Of a DNA stretch of 64,000 nucleotides, positions 11,359 through 23,823 are shown one piece after another. Every line of letters begins with the position of its first letter. The first letter of the stretch is position 1. Below the pieces are notes generated by a model. The model ran no database searches. It worked only from the letters and a program-made list of their open reading frames with translations, and was not told the DNA's origin. The stretch is from Felis catus. Lineage: Eukaryota. The position numbers and the translations under genes are program-made. The stretch lies in NCBI RefSeq assembly GCF_018350175.1, contig NC_058368.1, positions 85,066,001-85,130,000 of the forward strand, read 5' to 3'.

Positions 11359-12834
11359 ATGGGAGGATTATTATTAAGTATTGCCTGTATATTATGATAA
11401 CCTCCTCACCCTCACAACTGCCTTTTACCCACTTTGCCCCCAGAATTGTTATATGACAATAAGGGGGTCAAAGGCATTCAGCGCCTTCACCTCCCTCCAC
11501 AAATATTGCTACAAGGGAAAAACACCCACTCTGTGTCAGTTACCCCATGCCCCAAGGGCTAAGTATTGGACCATAGAGATAACCCAAAATGTCAGGAACC
11601 CATGTCATAATAAGGGCCTCAAGAGAGGGAAGCAAGCTTGCTACACTTACCTTCCTCAATGGGGTATCTCGGATGGGGGAAGGGTGCAAGTCAGGGCCCT
11701 TCAAAAGGTTATGAAGGATACCCAGGACAGGGTAATAAAAGCCATAAAGGCAACCACTCCCCTTGCAGCCTGCCAAGGTTTGAACATTTCAGCCCTCAAT
11801 CAGATGCTTACCAACCCTACTCCAGCGTCAGGCCAACACTACTCTACAAGTCCTCCATAAAATAAAGAATCACACCCAAACCTGCTGGATGTACTTTACC
11901 CTCACCCAGAGGGCTTACTTAGCCACTACTATCCCTTTGACCTAAGAAGATCCTGAAAATCTCAAAACCAACACCTCTGTCTTAATTGGACCACTGGCCA
12001 TAGGGGTCTGTCTCATAAATTACAATAATCTAATCTGTACAGTCCCTGAAGGTATGAACGCTACCTCTCTATGTGGAAAAAATTAACCTTAAAGAGGAAT
12101 ACAACCCTGTGTTCAACCCCTGGGGTGTTCTATCTGTGTTCTAATTCTGCCTACCAATACTTAGAGGCCAACTGGACTTAGATATATTATTCTGTCTTCC
12201 TAACCCCAGAGATATCCATATACACTGAAGATCAGCTCCTAACAGACTTTAGCCCCAAGTCCCGGACTAAACAGGCAGTCCTGCTACCCGTTTTGATAGG
12301 AGCAGGAATTGTGACAGGAATAGGAACTGGAATAGGGGGCACAGTTTCATCCATAGAACTATACAATAGACTATCTCAAGAGCTAAATGAAGACATGGAA
12401 TGGGTGGCAGATTCTCTGTTAACCTTACAAAACCAAATAAACACTCTGGTGGCAGTGATCCTGCAAAATAAGGAAGCCCTTGACCTCCTCACTTCAGAAG
12501 GAGGGACTTGCATCTCTCTGGGGGAGGAATGTTGCTATTTGGTAAACCTGTCAGGAATAGTTATAACTAAGGTTAAGCAACTCAAAGAAAGAATTCAACA
12601 TAGACAACAGGAAAGTATCAATCAGTGGAAAGGATGGGCTCTCATGGATTGGGATCCTGGCTTCCTTCCCTGGCAGGGCCCCTCTTCTCCATAATTTTAC
12701 TTGTCTCCATTGGTCCCGGTATACTGAATGTCGTGGTACATTTTATTGAAAACACTGTTGTTCGCCAAACTATTGTACGTATCTTAGCCCTCCTAGAGTA
12801 TCAACCTGTAAAACTGAAAGGTGATGACTACTAA
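11359..12834 (+). pseudogene. env: ERV env, HERV-W/syncytin-1-like (RDR group), disabled
   Basis: Signal-like MGGLLLSIACIL; SDGGRVQV motif; CWMY; RTKQ cleavage remnant; fusion peptide IGAGIVTGIGTGIGG; ISD LQNKEALDLLT; CX6CC CISLGEECC; TM anchor; TAA at 12834. Confidence 0.93.
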
Positions 12835-12858
12835 AAGTTTTTTTTTTTAATAGTCATC

Positions 12859-12869
12859 AAAGGGGGAAA
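12859..12869 (+). promoter_or_regulatory. Polypurine tract
   Basis: AAAGGGGGAAA directly before the 3' LTR. Confidence 0.9.
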
Positions 12870-13167
12870 TGTTGGAGAAGTAAATAAAGTATGCCAAAGA
12901 TGGCTGACAGTGCTAAAACAAACTCTGGTCTCTAGCTTAGAGACACCTCCTCTGGGTTCTTCTTCCTTTTTTTGCTGTGCACGCAAAACCCCCCACAGAT
13001 ATGGAAGATGGTGACTATAAATTACCCTCCCTACTTGCATTCCAGGCTCAGACCTTTGGAGAAACAGTCTCCTCTGAGCCCGCCAGTGTTAAATATATCT
13101 CTAACCCACCAAGATCTCTGAGTGCCTCTTGGTTTCTCCCCCAGCATTCCAGCCTGGTTCCATAAAA
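12870..13167 (+). mobile_element. ERV 3' LTR
   Basis: Copy of the 5' LTR; terminal CA mutated to AA; AATAAA mutated to AATATA. Confidence 0.95.
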
Positions 13168-13171
13168 ATTT

Positions 13172-13385
13172 GATTTTTAAATTTTTATTTGTTTATTTTT
13201 GAGAGAGAAAGAATAGACAGAACATGAATGAAGGAGGGACAGAAAGAGGGAGAGAGAGAGATAGAGAATACCAAGCAGTCTCCATGCTGTCAGCACAGAG
13301 CCTGATCCAACCTTAAGAATGTGAGATCATGACCTGAGACAAATCAAGAGTTGGATGCTGGAACGACTGAGCCACCCAATAGCAT
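13172..13385 (-). mobile_element. Can-SINE whose T-tail (starting at about 4895) was split by the ERV
   Basis: SINE body followed by TSD copy cagaatgcacat at 13386. Confidence 0.88.
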
Positions 13386-13397
13386 CAGAATGCACAT

Positions 13398-13605
13398 TTT
13401 TTAAAATTGTTAATGTTTATTTATTTTGAAAGGAGATAAGGAGGAAGCAGGGGAGAGGCAAAGAGAGAGGGAGACAGAAACCCTAGCAGGCTTGGCACCA
13501 TCATCATGGAGCCCGATGTGGGGCTCTAACCCACAAACTGTGAGATCATGACCTGAACAGAGAATCAAGAGTCGGGAATATAACCAATGAGCCACTCAGG
13601 TGCCC
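13398..13605 (-). mobile_element. Can-SINE, tandem with the previous one
   Basis: SINE body ending ggtgccc, then cagaatgcacat at 13606. Confidence 0.9.
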
Positions 13606-14796
13606 CAGAATGCACATACTTTAAAAGTGCACATGGAACGTTATCCTGAATAAATCCATGGCCCATTTTAGGCCATATAACAAGTCATTTAATAAACTTA
13701 AGAAGATAGAAATCATATCATGAATCTTTTCTGACCATAACTGTGTAAAATTAGCAATCAATCTCAATGGGGAGAAATGAATAAAACACAACATATGAAG
13801 GCTAAGCAACAATACTACAGAACCAGTGGGTTAATGAAGAACTCAAAAAGAAAATTTAGATATATCTGGAGGCAAATGACAATGAAACAACAGTCCAAAA
13901 TCTTTGGGACACACTGAAAACAGTTCTAAGAGGGAAGGTTTAGTAATACTTAGTGCAAAAACAAAACAAAACAAACTAACAAACAAACAAAAACAAGAAA
14001 AAACCCTAGGAAAAATACATAAAAAGAAGTATAAAAAGAACAAATAAAGCCCAAAAGCAGAAACAAATGTCTTAAAGACCAAAGTTAAAAGAAGTATAGA
14101 AAAATTCAGTGACTAGAAGAGCTAGTTTTTTTGTAAAAACTGAAATTGATAAACTTTTAGCAAGACTCATGAAGGAAAAAAAAAAAGATAGAAATCCAAA
14201 AGTGCAATCAAAAAAGAAAGAGGAAAAGTTACAGATGGCATTAGGAGTGACAAAAAATTATAAAATAATATTATGAAGAAGTATATTCCAAAGAAAATTG
14301 TACAATTTAGAAGAAATAAAATCATAGAAACATACAATTTTCCAAAACTGAACCAGAAAGAAAATCTAAACAGACCAATCACTTGTATATAAGTTATATC
14401 AGTAATAATAATTTTATTTGTTTATTTATATTTTTGAAGTTTATTTATTTATTTTGAGAGAAAGAGAGAGCATGAGGAGAGAAATGTCAGAGACAGAAAG
14501 GGAGAGAGAGAGAATCCCAAGCAGGCTCCATCCATTCTCTCAGCACAGAGTTCTATGAATGACTTGAACTCATGAACAGTGAGATCATGACCTGAGCTGA
14601 AACTATTAGTTGGAGGCTTAACTGACTGTGCCACCCAGGTGCCCCAGTAATAATAATTTTAAAAATACAAGAAGAAGAAGAAGAAGAAGAAGAAGAAGAA
14701 GAGAAGAGGAGGAGGAGGAAGAGGATGATTAATAATAATCCAGGACTAGATGGATTCACAGGCATACTCTAGTGAAGTTTAAAAAGTGTTAATACT
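13606..14796 (+). mobile_element. LINE-1 copy A continuation (ORF2), containing a minus-strand Can-SINE at about 14415-14645
   Basis: aagtgcacatggaac continues the EN domain; SINE has TSD cagtaataataatttt. Confidence 0.85.
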
Positions 14797-17700
14797 GAGA
14801 AAGGGAGGATGGCAGTGGAGTAGGAGGATGCTGGGTTTGTCTCCTTCCAGGAACACAACTAGATAAATATTAAATCACCCTAAATACCCTAGAAATCATC
14901 CTGAAGACTGATAGAACAAACTCCACAACTCACAGGAGAGAAAAATTAACACTGAAGAAGGTAGGAAATATGAAGTTTTGGTTTAGTGGGGAAATGGATC
15001 ATGGATGCTGAAGAGAAGAGGGAGCCATGGTTGTAGAGAAAGGCAAGAGAGAAAGAAACACAGGGAAACACACAAAGAGAAGTTTCCCAAGACCATTGCT
15101 TTAGAAAATGAGAGAGGCTAAGTTACATGAGTTCTTGCAATCAGCAGGGCTTAAAACCTAGAGACTTATGGGTGGCAGACTTTGCTGGGTTACAGCTTGG
15201 AGGACACTGTCCTGCTCCTGGAAATAAGGCAGGAAAAGAAACCAGGAGCACAAGGCGTGGAATCAGTAATCCGAAAGAGGTCTGGGGCACACATGGATAA
15301 ATTATTACCTCTTTTCAGAGTGCTTCCGGAGAGACAGCATTAATGAAGATAACTCTCCATAACAAAGAAGCTGAATGGTACCACTTCCCTTCCCCACCCC
15401 TCAGCACAAACACAGAGCCACCAGAAGGAAGCAGCATACTGCCTACACTAGTTTCTTAACTTGCTTACACCAAGACCAACAACCGTATGCTCTGGCAGGA
15501 CTTGCCTTCTCAGTCTTGCTTGCCTCAGTTCCAGTGTGTCAGACCCCTCTCCCAGAAGACATGCTACTAATCAAAGAATATATCAACCAGAAAATTAAAG
15601 AAATGGAAAAAAATACATAGAAACAAAAAGATGAAAACAGAGCATTCCAAAATATTTAGGATGCAGCAAAAGCAGTATAGGAAGGAAGTCTATACAATAG
15701 AGGTCTACCTCAAGAAGCAAGAAAATTTCAAATAAACAACGTAATTTTACACCTGAAGGAGTTAAAAATAGGAAAAAAATGAAACCTACATCTGGAAGAA
15801 GGGAAATAATTAAGATTAGAGCAGAAATCAGTGATATAGAAACAAAAATAAATAAAATGCACATATCAACGAAATGAGGAAGGAGCTGGATCTTTGAAAA
15901 AAAATTAATAAAATTGTTAAACCCCTAGTGAGATATACGACAAAGAAAAGAGAAAGAACACAAATAAAATCATAAATAAGAGGAGAAATAATAACCAATA
16001 CAACATAAATACACAAAAATATTTAAGAATATTATAAAAAACTATATGCCAACAAATTGGACAACTGGGAAGAAATGGATAAATTCTTACAAACTACCAA
16101 AAGGGAAGCAAGAAGAAATAGAAAACTTTAAAAGACCAATAACCAGTAAAGAAATTGAATCAGTAATCAAAAAACTCCCAACAAACAAAAGTCCAGGACC
16201 AGAAGGCTACACATGTAAATTTTACCAAAGCTTTAAAGAACAGTTAACCTATTTTTTAAACTATTCTCAAAAAACAGAAAAGGAAGAAAAACTCAAATTC
16301 ATTCTATGATGCCAACATTACCCTGATACCAAAACCAGATAAAGACAGCACAAATAAAGAACTACAGGCCAATATCTCTAATGAACATTGAAACAAAATT
16401 TTTCAATAAAATATTTAGCAAACTGAATCTAACAATATATTTAAAGAATCATTCTCCACACACAAAAAATGAGATTTATCCCTGGGTTGCAAAGGTGATT
16501 ACTATTTGTAAATCAATGATTGTGTTATGCCACATTAATAAAAGAAAGGGTAAGAACCAAATGATACAGAAAGAACATTTGACAAAGTACAACATCAATT
16601 CATGATAAAAGCCCTCAACAAAGTAGGGTTAGTGGGACTGCACCTCAATATAATAAAGGACATCTATGAAAATTCCACAGTTAATATCATCCTCAATCAG
16701 GAAAAATTGAGAGTTACTCCTCTACAATCTAGTACAAGAGAGGGATATCCACTCTCACCACTATTTAACATAGTACTGGAAGTCATAGTCACAGCAATAA
16801 AACAAACAAACAAACAAACAAAATGCATACTCATAGGCCAGGAAGAAGTAAAACTTTCAATGTAGGCAGATGACATGATACTCTTTATAGAAAACCCAAA
16901 AAACTCTAAAACTGATAAAACTGCTGTAACTGATAAATTCAGTAAAGTGGTAGGATACAAAATAAATGTATAGAAATCTTTTGCATTTCCAAATACCAGT
17001 AATAAAACAATAGAAAGAGAAATTAAGAAAGCAATACTTTTATTATTATACCAAATATGTTAAAATACCTAGGAATAAACTTAACCAAAGAGGTGAAAGA
17101 CCTGCACTCTGAAAACAATAAAACACTAAGTAAAGAAATTGAAGATGACATGGAGAAATGGGAAGGCATTCCATTCTCAAGGATTGAAAGAATAAATACT
17201 GTTAAAATGTTTATACTACCCAAAGCAATCTACACATTTAATATAATCTCAATCACAATGTCACCAAGATTTTTCACAGATTTAGAACGAACAATCCAAA
17301 AATTTGTATGGAACCAGAAAAGACTCTTAATAGCAAAAGCAACCTTGAAAAAGCAAAACAAAGCTGGAGGCATCACAATTCCAGACTTCAAGTTATGTAG
17401 CAAAATTATAGTCGCAAAGCTGTATGGTACTGGCACAAAAATGGACATGAAGATAAATAGAAAAGAATAGAAAATCCACCAATTAACCCACAACTATATG
17501 ATCGATTAATCTTCAACAAAACAGGAAAGAATAGCCAATGGGAAAAAGAGTGTCTTTTCAACAAATGGTGTTGGGAAAACTGGACAGCAACTTTAAAAAG
17601 AATTAAACTACACCACTTTCTTATATCATACACAAAAATGAATTCAAAACAAATTAAAGATCTAAAATGTGAGAACTGAAACCATAAAAAATAATAGAGG

Positions 17701-18511
17701 AGAACACAGACAGTAACTTTGACCTCGCCTTAGCAAATTCTTTCTAGAGGGAAGGGAAATGAAAGCAAAACTACTGGGATTTAACCAAAATAAAAATTTC
17801 TTTATAGGGAAGGAAACAATGGAGAGAACTAAAGGCGAACCTGTGGAATGAGAGAAGATATCTGCAAATGACATATCTGATAAAGGGTTAGTATACACAA
17901 TGTATAAGTAACTCATGCAACTCAACACCCAGAAAACATAATCCAATTAAAATCTCAGCAGAAGACATAGACATTTTTTTTTCCAAAGAAGATTCCCAGA
18001 TTTCCAACAGACATATGAAAAGATGTTCAAATCACTCATCATCAGAGAAATACAAATGAAAACTGCAATGAGATACCACCTCACACCTGATAGGATGACT
18101 AAAATCAAGAACACAGGAAACAGCAGCTGTTGACAAAGATATAGATAAAATGGAACTCTCTTTCACTATTGCTAGGAATGGAAGCTGGTGCAGTCACTGT
18201 GGAAAACACTTTGGAGTTTCTCAAAACATTAAAAATATAACTATCCTATGATCCAGCAATTGTACTACTAGGTATTTACCCAGGGAATACAAAAATGCTG
18301 ACAGAAATGGATAAATGTCCCCCAATGGTTATAGCAGCATTGTCTACAATAGCCAAATTATAGAGAAAACCCAAGTGTCCATTTACTGGTGAATGGGTAA
18401 AGAAGAGTTGGTATACATACACAATGAAATATTATTCAACAATAAAACATTAAAATCTTGCCATTTGCAATGACTTGGATGGAAGTAGACAGTATTATGC
18501 TAAGCAAAATA
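14797..18511 (+). mobile_element. LINE-1 copy B: 5'UTR joined directly to post-EN ORF2 at about 15560
   Basis: 5'UTR start ggaggatggcagtggagtaggagg; ORF2 peptides KSPGPEG, YLGINLTKEVKDL, GGITIPDFK. Confidence 0.88.
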
Positions 18512-18574
18512 TGGCAAAGGTCCCAGCAGAACCCAGAGAACAGCCACATTTGCTGGTGTTGGAAGAAGGACTTT

Positions 18575-19324
18575 TGTGGGGAATAAGCTTAGAAATTCCC
18601 TGGGCTTGCACCAATGGGTTAACATGGTATAAAGAATTACAAAGACATAGGACGCTCACACCCAAGTTTGGGTAAACAAGATTAGGCGAATAAGGATAGA
18701 GAAGGGAGGCTAAGGCCCTCAGAATAGAGAGGGGGGGCAAAGACCCCCAACACAAAGTATATGAGGTAAATAAGATTACGAATTGAGGGCAAAAGTGTCC
18801 CCCAATTTAGTACTATAGCAGAAAGCTGCTTTCACAGGAAGGAAGGACCAAATTAGGTAAATAGGTAAATAGGGCTATAGACTGCTGTTGTGGAGAGGAA
18901 GCTGCCCAGAGTGGAGCTCATTAACAAAGGAAAGATGTCTTGTTAACCCTGAGGTTACTTGCTCTGTCTTATACCCTAGGCTAGCTAAGATAAATGGAGG
19001 TGGTGCCTCATGTTTGCTGTAAACAACCTTGTGCCTGGCCACCTGGCACCAGGATTTTGTTTTGTATTAACCCAAACCCCTAAACCCGAATATCTTCAAG
19101 ACCCCCTTTCCCTCATGTCCACGAGTTAATGTTCACAGTTTCATTGTCTCTTTGTACACATCCATCACCATGTTTGTAAGCCTTGTGATCCTAATAAAAA
19201 TATGACAAGGACCCTTATTTGGAGCTCTTGTTTTTTCCTGGACATTAGCCATCTCTCACATTTTAATCCTGCATCCTACCATCTTGCTAGATAAGAAAGA
19301 ACTTTAGATCCAGAGTCTACGACA
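18575..19324 (+). mobile_element. Solo LTR (about 750 bp) inserted in the 5'UTR of L1 copy C
   Basis: TGTGGGG...CGACA termini, AATAAA near 19193, flanks rejoin as L1 5'UTR; imperfect 6-bp TSD GACTTT/GACACT. Confidence 0.7.
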
Positions 19325-20158
19325 GACACTAAGGGTGAAGTCTGTCTCCAGATGTATGTTGATTTACCATAATCTCTGAAACACTGCTGCTACACTATCC
19401 CACAAAATCTTTCTGGGGTGGGCTGATACCTGGCTATAGTCATAGGGCATCTGTAGCAGCATGATCCCAAGAAAGTCTTCTGGGGTGGGCTGACACCCAG
19501 GCATTGCTTAGCGAGTCCCTCCCCCAGAGGTTCAAAATGGTTCAAAGCCAACAGGCCCCAGAAGTGAGGGGTTTGGAAACACAGCCATGTCTGAGATAAA
19601 ACTCAGGGGGGAGGTGCCACTTGGCAGGCTAATGGCTTGGTCTCGAACAGCATAGAAGCAGAGAGTGGATGGAAGTCAGAGACAAAGGAGGGGTGCTTAA
19701 TTGCCAGTCCATAAGAGAAGAGAGTTCTGATACTAGAGACTAGGTAGCTGGGTGAGGCCATTTTCACCCCTCCTGCACATGTGCACACATGGGTACACAC
19801 ACCACAACCATCCACCCCAGTAAATTAGCAGGGCCATCTAGTGGAGACTGGAGGTGTTACACTAAGCCTTGTCCAACTGCGACAAAGGCACTCTAGTGGA
19901 ACACAAGTTTTTCCATGTGCTAAGCTTATAGACTATAAAGTGTTTCATAGTTTGACTTCTAGGGGAAATTGGATGCAATGTCAATTGTATTTTACTCTGT
20001 TTGCTGGCCTGTCTATTCATTTTTTTTCCCTTTTGCTTTTCTTTTACTATTCTTGAATACAGAAAGAGGAAAAAATATTTTTATTTTACATTTTTATAAA
20101 AGAAAGTTTTTTTTAATTTTTTCTGCTATATTCTTTTGTAATTTAAAAAAAATGTTTA

Positions 20159-20370
20159 GGGGCGCCTGGGTGGTGCAGTCGGTTAAGCGTCCGACTTCAG
20201 CCAGGTCACGGTCTCACGGTCCATGAGTTCGAGCCCTGCGTCAGGCTCTGGGCTGATGGCTCAGAGCCTGGAGCCTGTTTCTGATTCTGTGTCTCCCTCT
20301 CTCTCTGCCCCTCCCCTGTTCATGCTCTGTCTCTCTCTGTCCCAAAAAAATAAATAAACATTGAAAAAAA
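20159..20370 (+). mobile_element. Young felid Can-SINE inserted in the tail of an older minus-strand SINE (body to about 20610)
   Basis: 18-bp TSD atttaaaaaaaatgttta (20141-20158 / 20371-20388). Confidence 0.93.
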
Positions 20371-23300
20371 ATTTAAAAAAAATGTTTACTTTTGAAAGAG
20401 AGAGAGACAGAGTTCAAGTGAGGAAGGGACAGAGAAAGAGGGAGACACAAAATCTAAAGCAGTCTGCAGGCTCTGAGCTATAAGCAGAGCTGTCAGCACA
20501 GAGCCCCATTGGGGCTTGAACTAATGGACCAGGAGATCGTGGCCTGAGCCAAAGTCAGAGCTTAACCAACTGAGCCACCCAAGAGACCCTCTGAGCCACC
20601 CAGGTGTTCCTGTATTTTCTTTAAATTATATTTTACTTTTATCATTTCATTTTATTCTGTTTTATTGAATTTTTGTTCAAAATTTCAAACATTTTCCTTT
20701 CTTTTCTTTCCTTTCCATTTATTCTCTATAGTATCAAGCTTAATTCAACAACTAGTCCAAAAAAAACCTAGCATCTAGCATCCTGTATTTAATTGTGTGT
20801 GTGTGTTTTTTTTAATTTTTAAATATTTATTTTTATTTTATTAGTTCTTTTCATCCTTCCAAATGACGAAATGAGGGAATTTACCCCAAAAGAAAAAAAC
20901 AGGAAGAAATGACAGCCAAGGACTTAATCAACACAGATATAAGCAAGATGTCTTAACCAGAATTTAGAATCACAATAATAAGAATACTAGCTTGGGTTGA
21001 AAGAAGCACATAATCCCTTTCTGCAGAGACAGAAAGTAGTAAAATCTAGTCAGAATGGAATTAAAAATGTTATAACTGAGATGCAATCTTGAATGGTTGC
21101 CACACTGGCAATGATCAGTGAAGCAGACTAGCAAATCAGTGATATAGAGGACAAACTTATGGAGAATAATGAAGCTGAAAAAAAGAGGGAAACTAAGGCA
21201 AAAGATCATGCTATAAGAATTAGAGAACTCAGTGACTCATTGAAAAGGAATAATATCCAAATCATAGGGGTCCCACAAAATGAAGAGAGAGAAAAATGGG
21301 TGAAATATTTATGTGAACAAATAGTAGCAGAAAACATTCCTAACTTGGGGAAAGGCACACACATCAAAATCCAGGAAGCACAGAGAATTCCCATTAGATT
21401 CACTAAAAATAGATCATCAGCAAGGCGTATCATAGTAAATTCACAAAATACACAGACAAGGAAAGAATCATGAAAGCAGCAAGGGAAAAGATGTCCTTAA
21501 CCTACAAGGGAAGACAGATCAGGTTTGCAGCAGACCTATCCACAGAGACTTGGCAGGCCAGAAAGGAGTGGCAAGATATATTCAACGTGCTGAACTGGAA
21601 AAATAGGCGGCAAAGAATTCTTTATCCAACAAGGCAGTCATTCAATATAGAAGGAGAGATTAAAAGTTACCCATACAAACAAAACAAAAGGAGTTTGTGA
21701 CCACAAAAGATCCCTGAAAGAAATTTTAAGGGGAACTCTCTGAGGAGAGAAAATATAAAACAAAACAAAAAATACCAAAACCAACAGACTAGAAAAGACA
21801 AAATAACACCACCAGAAACTCCAACTCTACAGGAAACATAATGGCAATAGTACTCACTCTAAACGTCAATGGACTAAATGCTCCAATCAAAAGACATAGG
21901 GTAACAGAATGGATAAGAAGACAAGATCCATTTATATGCTGTCTACAACGGACCCATTTTAGATGTAAAGACACCTTCATATTGAAAGTAAGGGGATGGA
22001 GAAACATCTATCATTCTAATAGTGGCCAAAAGAAAGACAGAGTAGCCATACTTATATAAGACAATCTATATTTTAAAATAAAGACTGTAACAAGAGATGA
22101 AGAAGGGCATTATATCCTAATTAAGGGGCCTATCTACCAAGCAGACCTAACAATTGTAAACATTTATGGTCCCTACCTTGGAGGGAGAAAAATATATGAA
22201 TCAATTAATCCCAAACATACAGAAACTCATTGATACCATAATAGTAGGGGATGTCAACACCCCACTTACAACAATGGACGTATCATCTAAGCAGAAAATC
22301 AGCAAGGAAACAATGGCTCTGAATTGCACAATGGACTGGATGGACTTAATAGATATATTCAAAACATTTCATCCTAAAGCAGCAGAATGCACATTCTTTC
22401 CCAGTGCACAAAGAACATTCACCAGGATAGAAGACATACTGGGACACAAATCATTCCTCAAAAAATACAAAAAGATCGAGATCATACAGTGCATATTTTC
22501 AGACCAGAATGCTATGAAGCTCAAAATCAACCACAAGAAAAAAATTTTGGAAAGACAACAAATACTTACAGACTAATGAACATCCTACTTAAGAATGAAT
22601 GTGTTCACCAACAAAAGAATATTATGAGCAATTATATGCCAATAAATTGGGCAATCTGGAAGAAATGGACATTTCCTAGAAACATATAAACTACCAAAAC
22701 TGAAACAAGAAGAAATAGAAAATTTAAGCAGACCCATAACCAGTAAAGAAATTGGATTGGTAATCAAAATTCTACCAAAAAAAAAAAAAGAAAGAAAACA
22801 ACAAGATTCCACAGCTGGATGACTTTCTGGGAAAATTCTATCAAACATTTAAAGAAGAGTTAACACCTATCCTTTTGAAGTTGTTCCAAAAAAATAGAAA
22901 TGGAAGGAAAACTTCCAAACTCATTCTATGAAGCCAGCATTACCTTGATTCCAAAACCAAACAAAGACCTCAGTAAAAAGGATAACTACCCACCAATCTC
23001 CCTGATGAACATGGATGCAAAAATTCTCAAGAAGATACTAGTCAACTGGATCCCACAATACATTAAAATAATTATCCACCACAACCAAGTGGGATTTATA
23101 TCTGGGATGCAGATATAAATTGCATCCCATATATACATATAAATTGTTGGTTCAATATATGAAAAACAATCAATGTGATATACCACATCAAAAATAAAGG
23201 ACAAGAACCACATGATCTTCTCAATAGATGCAGGGAAAGCATTTGACAACATATAGCATCCTTTCTTGATAATAACCCTCAAGAAAGTAGGGATAGAAGG

Positions 23301-23792
23301 ATCATACCTCAAGATCATAAAAGTCATATATGAAAGGCCCACCACTAACATAATCCCCAGTAGAGCAAAAGTGAGAGTTTTCCCCTGAGGTCAGGAGCAT
23401 GGCAGAGATGTCCACTCTCGCCACTGATATTCAACCTATTGAATAGCCACAGCAAAGACAAAGGAACAAAAGGCATCCAAATCGTCAAGGTGGGATTCAA
23501 ACATTCACTCTTTGCAGAAGACATGATACTCTATATGGAAAACCTAAAAGATTCCATGAAAAACTGCTGGAACAGATCCATGAATTTAGCAAAGTCACAG
23601 GATACAAGAGCAATGCACAGAAATCAGTTGTAATTCTAGTCACAATAACAAAGCAACATAAGAGAAGTCAAGGAATGGGTCACATTTGCAATTGCCCCAA
23701 AACCCATAAAATTCCTAGGAATAAACCTAACCATAGAGGTGAAAAATCTATACACTGAAAACTATAGAAAGCTTATGATAAAGAAATTGAAG

Positions 23793-23823
<31 letters not shown>

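Larger units (their letters stand above)
4908..13167 (+). mobile_element. Full-length class I (gamma-like) endogenous retrovirus, LTR-gag-pro-pol-env-LTR, all genes disabled
   Basis: Two homologous 298-bp LTRs, 4-bp TSD ATTT (4904-4907 / 13168-13171), PBS, PPT, recognisable Gag, RT, RNase H, IN and Env motifs. Confidence 0.97.

Noticed and set aside
11381..11860. 159-aa Env N-terminal ORF as a suppressyn/Refrex-like secreted receptor blocker
   Set aside because: It begins at TTG, the signal peptide is in another frame ending in TGA (11395-11397), and the receptor motif is mutated
20159..20250. tRNA-like A/B boxes as tRNA genes
   Set aside because: They are tRNA-derived Can-SINE heads followed by a CT tract and A tail
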